A DNA stretch of 60,927 nucleotides, filler included, from Sphacelaria rigidula (taxonomy: Eukaryota): the NCBI GenBank assembly GCA_964200075.2. It is 8 parts of 8 records of this genome, joined end to end, with 100 filler letters (N's around TTAATTAATTAA, not from the genome) between each part and the next. Parts side by side here need not be neighbours in the genome. Positions count along the whole stretch, not along the records: positions 53,401 to 60,927 come from CAXNAA020014494.1; 7 more parts are not named here. One strand, written 5' to 3'. Below, piece by piece: positions 54,500-60,927 of the stretch; the first letter of the stretch is position 1; each line of letters starts with the position of its first letter. Under the pieces are notes generated by a model. The model ran no database searches and was not told the DNA's origin. It saw only the letters and a list, made by a program, of their open reading frames with translations. The position numbers and the translations under genes were made by a program.

Positions 54500-55380
54500 C
54501 ATCATTTTTCGCCGAAAAAGAGACCTAGGCGCCGTTTGACACCGTGGAATGACTTGCTGTGCTCGTTGTGACGGTTCCGGCCGACACACCTGTGCATCTT
54601 CCTGATGACCGCAGTTTTTTGCTTGGCCAAAAATGCATTTTTCTCAGGGACCGCTCACTTCCTTGGAAATTGGTCAAGTCCAGGGAAAAAAAACTTATTT
54701 TTCTGGACTTACTGGTCTCAGAGGTAAATGCGCAGTCTCGGGGGAGAATGAAAGTTTGGGCGAGAAAAACGCTGCCAGCGGAAAAATGCGTGAGTATGCT
54801 GGAACCATCTCCTTGAGTACAGCAAGGTATTACAAGGTGTCAAAATCCGCCTAGCTCTCTTTTACGGTGAGAAACGACGCAGAAGGTCCAAAAAGACAGT
54901 TTCCCATACTTGTATTCTTGTTTGTCATCAGAAGCGGCCCCATGTGCCAATAACATAATCGTGTTAAAAACTGCCTTTTTTTTGCCTTTCTCCGCTGGCT
55001 TACGCCCGGAGAGAGGGCTAGGTGGATGTTGACGCCTGGGAAATACTTGCTGTAGTCGCTGAGACATTCCTAGGGCACCCTCGCGTTTTCCGATGGCCGC
55101 AATTTGTTCTTTGGTCCAGCTTACATTTTCTAAACACGGTATATTTTCCAAAAACAGAGCCGAAACTGCCGATTGTTTCTCAACTTGGCCGTTTGTTGAT
55201 GGAATACATGTTTAGCCAAAAGAATCACGGCCACCGGAAAACGCGAAGGGTGCCCTGGAACGGTCTCAGGGACTAGATCAAGTAATTCCAAGGTGTCAAC
55301 ATTCGCCTAGCCCTCTTGTCGGGCACAAAACGATGGAAAAGGTGCGCACACGTGCAGTTTTCAACAGTTTTTTGTCGAGA
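54500..55380. mobile_element. Foldback MITE, longer relative of 11262-11714
   Basis: Left arm ..CTAGGCGCCGTTTGACACCGTGGAATGACTTGCT.. (~54500-54640) and inverted right arm ..CAAGTAATTCCAAGGTGTCAACATTCGCCTAG.. (~55205-55380). Confidence 0.7.
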
Positions 55381-56984
55381 CATGAGAAGTGGCTTGACTA
55401 CATTCAAGACGGAAAATCGAGCGTTGGATTTCTTTGTTCAGCGCTTTTTCTTCTGCGGAAAAGTTGGAAATTTCCCCCAACAAGTCGAAAACGCACTGAA
55501 ACGAATAAGTCCCGATCACGACGACCTGTTCTCGCGCCGAATATGCCAACATCGCATCTACGCACTCACTTCACCGCCGGCGCAATGTAGTCCACGATTT
55601 CCAGCTTCGCCCACATTTCTTGGACCCCCGGCGCCGTGGAGTGGCCATGCGACTTGGGATTGGATGGCGAACCTCCGCCGTCCATCTTGTACTCGTTGTC
55701 GACGAATGCATGAGCGATCCGCACCCACAGGCGACCGTTCTTTCCCAGTCGCTCAACTCGTGCTCTGTTCGGAGCGTTGCGGTGGTAGCTGACAAGAAAT
55801 AGCGTGGGTACTGTGCGCTTGTGTGTACCATTGGACAATGGCGCGGTGGTCCGAAATACAATTGTCAAGTGCCCCTTCGCTCATTTCCGCCGCGTGATTT
55901 CGATTGAAAAAGCCACACTTTTCTGTTCTTCACCCTGCCTGTCGCGCGAAAATAATTGTAAACAGGACTTGAAGCCTTCTGGGAACATGAATACCGTGGA
56001 CGTATTAGATACGACCTCACTAAGACAAATTCGATTCCACCGCACGTTTTCGAGTAAAAAAAAAATGGTAAGACATGACATCACCCTGAACCAGCCTGCA
56101 ATTTCATGTTCATTGCCGTCTTTATTATTGTGGACGCAACGTAGCAACTACAGTAGTGGGCGGCCTAACTATTCAGGGGTGTTTTGGGGTTTTTCCTCGC
56201 GTGCTACTCTTCGAAAGAAGTCGAAATTGCTAGCGTCGATAGATTTTGGTATAATAAACAGATCATCTTCGAAACACCGTGCCCGAGTCAGCGTTAATTG
56301 GTGTTATCGGGCGATACGAGTAACTACTCCTTTTACCAGGAGGGTCTTCTCGACCGTGACACTCAGTTTTTCGGCTCTAGTGCAATGAGTAGGTAGAAAT
56401 TCAAAAAACAAAACTGTACATTTCGTTATAAATATGATCGGGATAGGCTCGATCGACCGATAATACCAAAGAGTAATCAGCTGGACTGAAATGTGACAGG
56501 ACCCCCGATGACCGGTCAGCCCGTAAGTCACTCAATATTGAGTACAGATGATTTTTTTCTTGGAATGTGGAACGGATACAAATATCTTCAGATCTCCAAT
56601 GTGATAAGCGGTGGCAAGCGAAAAGAGCCCGAGAAAATCGCCAATTACGAAAAAATCACATAATGCCACAAAATAAAGTTAGACCAACCACTACTGTACG
56701 AGTACGCACCTCATGCTCTGGTTAATCGACCAGACAACGGGTACTTCATGAAACAGATACGAGGTATAAAAACTGCGGTTTAGCCCGTTGCTAAAGCGCA
56801 TTCCTGTGGCATACCCACTGTATACTGGAACATGCAACATCATATCACTCATCTGCCATTTGCTGTACCTGTTCCGTGTTCACCGCGAGACTATACACCC
56901 TGATAAACAACAAACAAGCGGCTGGATATGGAATTGAGATCGAGCACAATTATGTCGACAAAAAAATGCGGATTTTTTCAATGC

Positions 56985-57602
56985 TCATTTTTCAAGAAAT
57001 ATCGATGGGACACGGTGTTCGTTTCCATCATAAACACTGCTGTGCAGCTGTGCATGCAGGAGAAGTGCGAGTACTTCAATTAAGGATTGGAATATTATTC
57101 CGAAATGGCTATCGCCATCCCCATACATCACTAAGACAAGGACACCGGCATGGGCGTAGCACTCAAATGTCACCAGACGCATGTTTACAGGATCCATCAC
57201 CTTGCCACTCGCGATCGCTGCCTCATCCTTCCTTCCTCGTTTCTTGACCCGGCCATCTACGTCGCTTTCACCCTTCCCGAGACTGCTAGTTGGCATAACA
57301 CCCATGCATGTGACCCTCTCATCAGAATCATCGTCCGAAAACTGCACCTGTGAAGAACTGTCCATCCTCTGTCGAGCGCTAGTGGAAGGAGCTCTGCGCT
57401 TTCCGCTACCTGCGCTTTTCGAGGCCGATGCCGCGCCACTCGCGGTGGTTGTCAAGACGTTGTCAGATGATGCCACTCCTCCTGTGACTGAAGCGGCTGC
57501 AATGGCTCGGGCGTTTTGCATGATACGACGTTCTGCAGCACGTGCGGCTAGTTCCCTCCGAGAGATATTTCGACCATCATTACTGTCACTCATGTTGCTC
57601 AT
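56985..57602 (-). CDS. Hypothetical low-complexity ORF or first exon (205 aa open frame; possible donor after 57201)
   Basis: Longest N-free ATG-initiated ORF in the window. It is Ser/Ala-rich with RRELAARAAERR, acidic SDDDSDE and basic KKRGRK patches. No family recognised. Confidence 0.4.
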   Translation of the reverse strand: MSNMSDSNDGRNISRRELAARAAERRIMQNARAIAAASVTGGVASSDNVLTTTASGAASASKSAGSGKRRAPSTSARQRMDSSSQVQFSDDDSDERVTCMGVMPTSSLGKGESDVDGRVKKRGRKDEAAIASGKVMDPVNMRLVTFECYAHAGVLVLVMYGDGDSHFGIIFQSLIEVLALLLHAQLHSSVYDGNEHRVPSIFLEK

Positions 57603-60221
57603 GATCGTTCTGATCGAGCACGACGACGGGGAAACAAGGGCCTGTTTGTTATTTCTTGTGTTTTCACTTGTATATTAGATAATAAATATTTGAACAGATC
57701 CCGTTGGTCATGAATTCAACGTACAACTCGAGCAGCATCGAATTCCCAGAAAAACAGACCTCGCACATAATGAATAAGCTGAGCAACAACATGCGACACC
57801 ATCGGTACGCAAACCAACTCGTATCTGTAGTAGCACATGCTCTTTGTACGCTTTGTTGAGTGCTACAAGCCGCCGCCCCCGCGAAAGTCACAGGTTCTTC
57901 ACTCTGCCGATGGATTTTCCACGTCGCCACGCACTTGTGCTACTATTATGATTGGTGTACATTATTATTAGTGTGTACAGTGCCTGTTGACCGGCCTTAA
58001 CGTTGATTTGTATATTATTACAGTAATCTTTGTGGTTCCGGACTGTTCCCGTTTCTTCCAACGTACAATTCGTTTCCTCTCGATAAATCTTACGCCTTCA
58101 AAATCGACCCATCCCCCTTCGTTCTATTTCCTGCCCTTGACGCCATCATCACGAGTCACCGCGCAATTCTTCGAAAAACGCCTAATCTGTTCTATCCACG
58201 GAGAGTCCTCCGGCGTGGTATCCTGCCCGTAGCCCTGTACATCCACACTTGTCACCAAGAAGTGCGCGCAGCTTGAACGTACCATACAGACAGCACAACT
58301 CCAGTCACTCCAGATTATTAGGCGAGGTGCTTCGGGTGGATCACCACACCGAAGTCAAAGCTATACTGTAACAATACATCCACCCTCTTCTACGTGGTGA
58401 GTAGACGGTACCTGGTAGTTAGTGTGTGTATGGTATAGAGCCCGACATGGGATCGCTGTTTGAGCTCACTGTGCTCTGCGGCAGATGTTGCATGTGTATG
58501 TACATTTCTTCGTTTCAAGAAGCGAGGGGGTACAAGAAGCCATAGTGTGGTACGAAGCTGTTTTGTTCGTAGCTCTGTATTGTAGCTCATATGATGATCG
58601 AACATCAATCGTAAACTATTACTGAAGATTGAAGGGCGGGGCGAGTGGGCCACAGCATGGCCACCCCTGCAAGGCCGCGTTTGTCGTTTCTTCCAAGTGT
58701 TTCGTAATTATATCACCAACACCCGTGCGATACAAAGAAAGCACGCGGTGCTGGGCTACTACTGTGCATACAGGACAGATCACTCAGATTGTCCCACACT
58801 TCGTTCGTGGTGTGGTAAACGCCAACCGACCGGACCGCTATAATGCGTTGATATCCCAGTTATTCAAAATCTTCGGCCGCTGCAGTCACAACAAGAAACG
58901 TTTAGTTTGCCGTTTTTGGTGCTTAGCCATTCGGTGTATCAAGCACATAATACCACATTGTGCCCTTTCCTTATTCGATGCAGGTTAACCCTTGAAAAGA
59001 AAACCGACTTGCGGATAATGCGATCTGCAACCTCAGCTGTGGCGCTCACGTTGCTGTTGGCGCTTGCCTACTGTCACAGCGGAGCCAAAATGTGAGCATG
59101 CAGTGAAAATGATCATGGTGCATTTTCACAGGCACCGCTGTCAAAAGTGTGCGAGTCCTGTCAGCAGACTTGAATTTTGATCAGTGATAGTGTGTGCGTT
59201 GTGTGATCCGCCTAGATTAAAATTCTAACAAGTTATTCGTCATGGTCTAGTAGGTCGTCGGGAAATAGTTGTTGGAGATACGAAGAACACTGATTTAGCT
59301 GTAATAACCGGCTGGGTGCTGGGGAGCTTTCTCTGAGTGGCGACGGGATACTTGACGTCACTTAGTACCATACAAAAGCGTGTACAGATACAGCACCATC
59401 TAAAATAATTTATGAATCATGTGCGTTGGAGAAAGATCGATCGCATTTATTTACTCCGAATAAATTGTGAGTCTTTTTCGTCTGCTCTCCGCTCTGGTAC
59501 GCCACACAACTGGCGAATACGTGCGTCAATATCACCCGGAACTGGGGACCAGCAACGCACAAGTGATCAACGAGAGCTGTGAAGTCGATGCTGACGGCGA
59601 GGTGAGGACCCTCTGTGAGTCGTAGAACGCGTGCTACCACGCGACTTTTTGTACGATCGGGTCTATATTGATTGATGGTCTCCGTTGATCTCGCTCAGAT
59701 ACTCCGACACTCGGATATTCACCCACCAGCTCAAGGCACATGTACGTGGTATTGTTGATGAGATGATGACAAGCGACATGATATTTTACCCTTGTAGATG
59801 TGCTTCGTTATATCCGGTGTTTGTAGGTTTGTTCACACTCATCACCCAAATACACGCATCACCAGCGAATGCCTTCCGCAACAATACCTGCTCGCAATTG
59901 TCGCACACATGGTATCACACCAACCACCATGGGCAAACTGAAGAGGGTGACATAATGAGATTTGTTTTCAAGGCCACAGCGGTGGGGCTTAGGACAAAAA
60001 GGCACCTCGACCAATCATCTCCCTTCAAATTGTTCTGGAATTTAATTTACGAATTCCTGACACGACTTCCAACAAATAATCTCCACACGCTTCAAAGCTT
60101 AGCGACCACCCTCAGCTCGGGAATCTGACGGGGGAATTGCATATGCAGCGTTTACTCTGGGATCGAATTATATTCAATTACGTTGTATTTCGGTGATGAT
60201 GTAGGGTTTACTGTTACAACA

Positions 60222-60927
60222 GTAGTTCGTCGAGGTGTGGAACGGAGGGGAGATCCCGCAGGAGTGGAAAGATGCAACGATCAAGGTGCTGTACAAGAAA
60301 TCGGACCGGTCCAACTGCAATAACTACAGGGGGATCTCTCTGGCATCGCACGCAGAGAAAGTGCTCCTGAAGATAGTGCTCAACCGCATCAGCGACTACT
60401 GGGAAACGCACGGGATACTACCGGAGGAACAGTGGTGCGGCTTCCGACCTGACCGATCCACTGTCGACATGCTGTTCGCAATGCGCCGACCCCAGGAGCC
60501 GGGACGACGGCGGAGAATATCGTTGTACATGTGCTTCGTCGACCTCTAGAAGGCATATGACTCGGTCGACCGAGAGCTTCTGTGGCAAGTACTGGCCCGA
60601 GCTGGTATTCCGGATGAGATTATAGCAGCTATCCGCCAATTCCAGGACGGTATGCAGGCCCGCGTACGCATGGACGACGGGGAGCTCTCGGAGTGGTTTG
60701 AAGTCACACAGGGACTGCGAAAAGGATGTGTACTGTCTCCCCTGCTGTTCAACATCTTCTTCGCGGCAGTGGTCGAGATAGTCCTCGTGCGATCTAGAGA
60801 GGGTGATATTATCATAAAGGACATGGTATATCTCGATGAGGAGACGGGGAGGGGGGCGGAGACACCGCTGGAACGTGTACGGAGAGCGGTGTAGGGAGTA
60901 CTATATGCCGACGATGCCGGCATCATC
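60222..60927 (+). mobile_element. RTE-clade non-LTR retrotransposon reverse transcriptase, inactivated, running off the window
   Basis: [69 protein letters not shown], with in-frame TAG at 60547-60549 and 60892-60894. Confidence 0.93.

Noticed and set aside
55316..56388. ORFs of 158 and 194 aa in contig 8
   Set aside because: They overlap dispersed repeat fragments (one shared with ~22490-22600) and show no recognisable domains or splice pattern.
60546..60926. Minus-strand 126-aa ORF
   Set aside because: It is the antisense shadow of the LINE RT frame.

Overview
Eukaryotic, intron- and repeat-rich DNA, most likely a brown alga (Phaeophyceae). The organism is an inference from short exons in kb-scale GT-AG introns, a plastid-type KEA3 antiporter and a WSC-domain protein. 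The window is not one locus: it is eight unrelated ~7.53-kb contigs (7529, 7529, 7529, 7529, 7528, 7528, 7528, 7527 bp) sorted by size and joined by 100-bp N44-TTAATTAATTAA-N44 linkers, so nothing can be inferred across linkers. Three partial spliced genes were reconstructed, all on the minus strand: a KEA3-like K+/H+ antiporter (3 exons), a metzincin/reprolysin-like Zn peptidase with a Pro/Thr linker and WSC domain (6 exons), and triosephosphate isomerase (8 exons through the stop codon). The rest is mostly mobile DNA: a deleted Ty3/Gypsy element whose 3' LTR is split by a Mutator-like TIR element, a Ty1/Copia 3' half with LTR, an RTE-type LINE RT, tRNA-derived SINEs, MITE/foldback elements, minisatellites and microsatellites. 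The most unusual observation is a two-subfamily short repeat whose C-rich end repeatedly faces the nearest exon edge, bracketing exons and one whole intron with inverted copies. I found no evidence for a multi-gene novel system; the novelty candidates are modest and scored accordingly.
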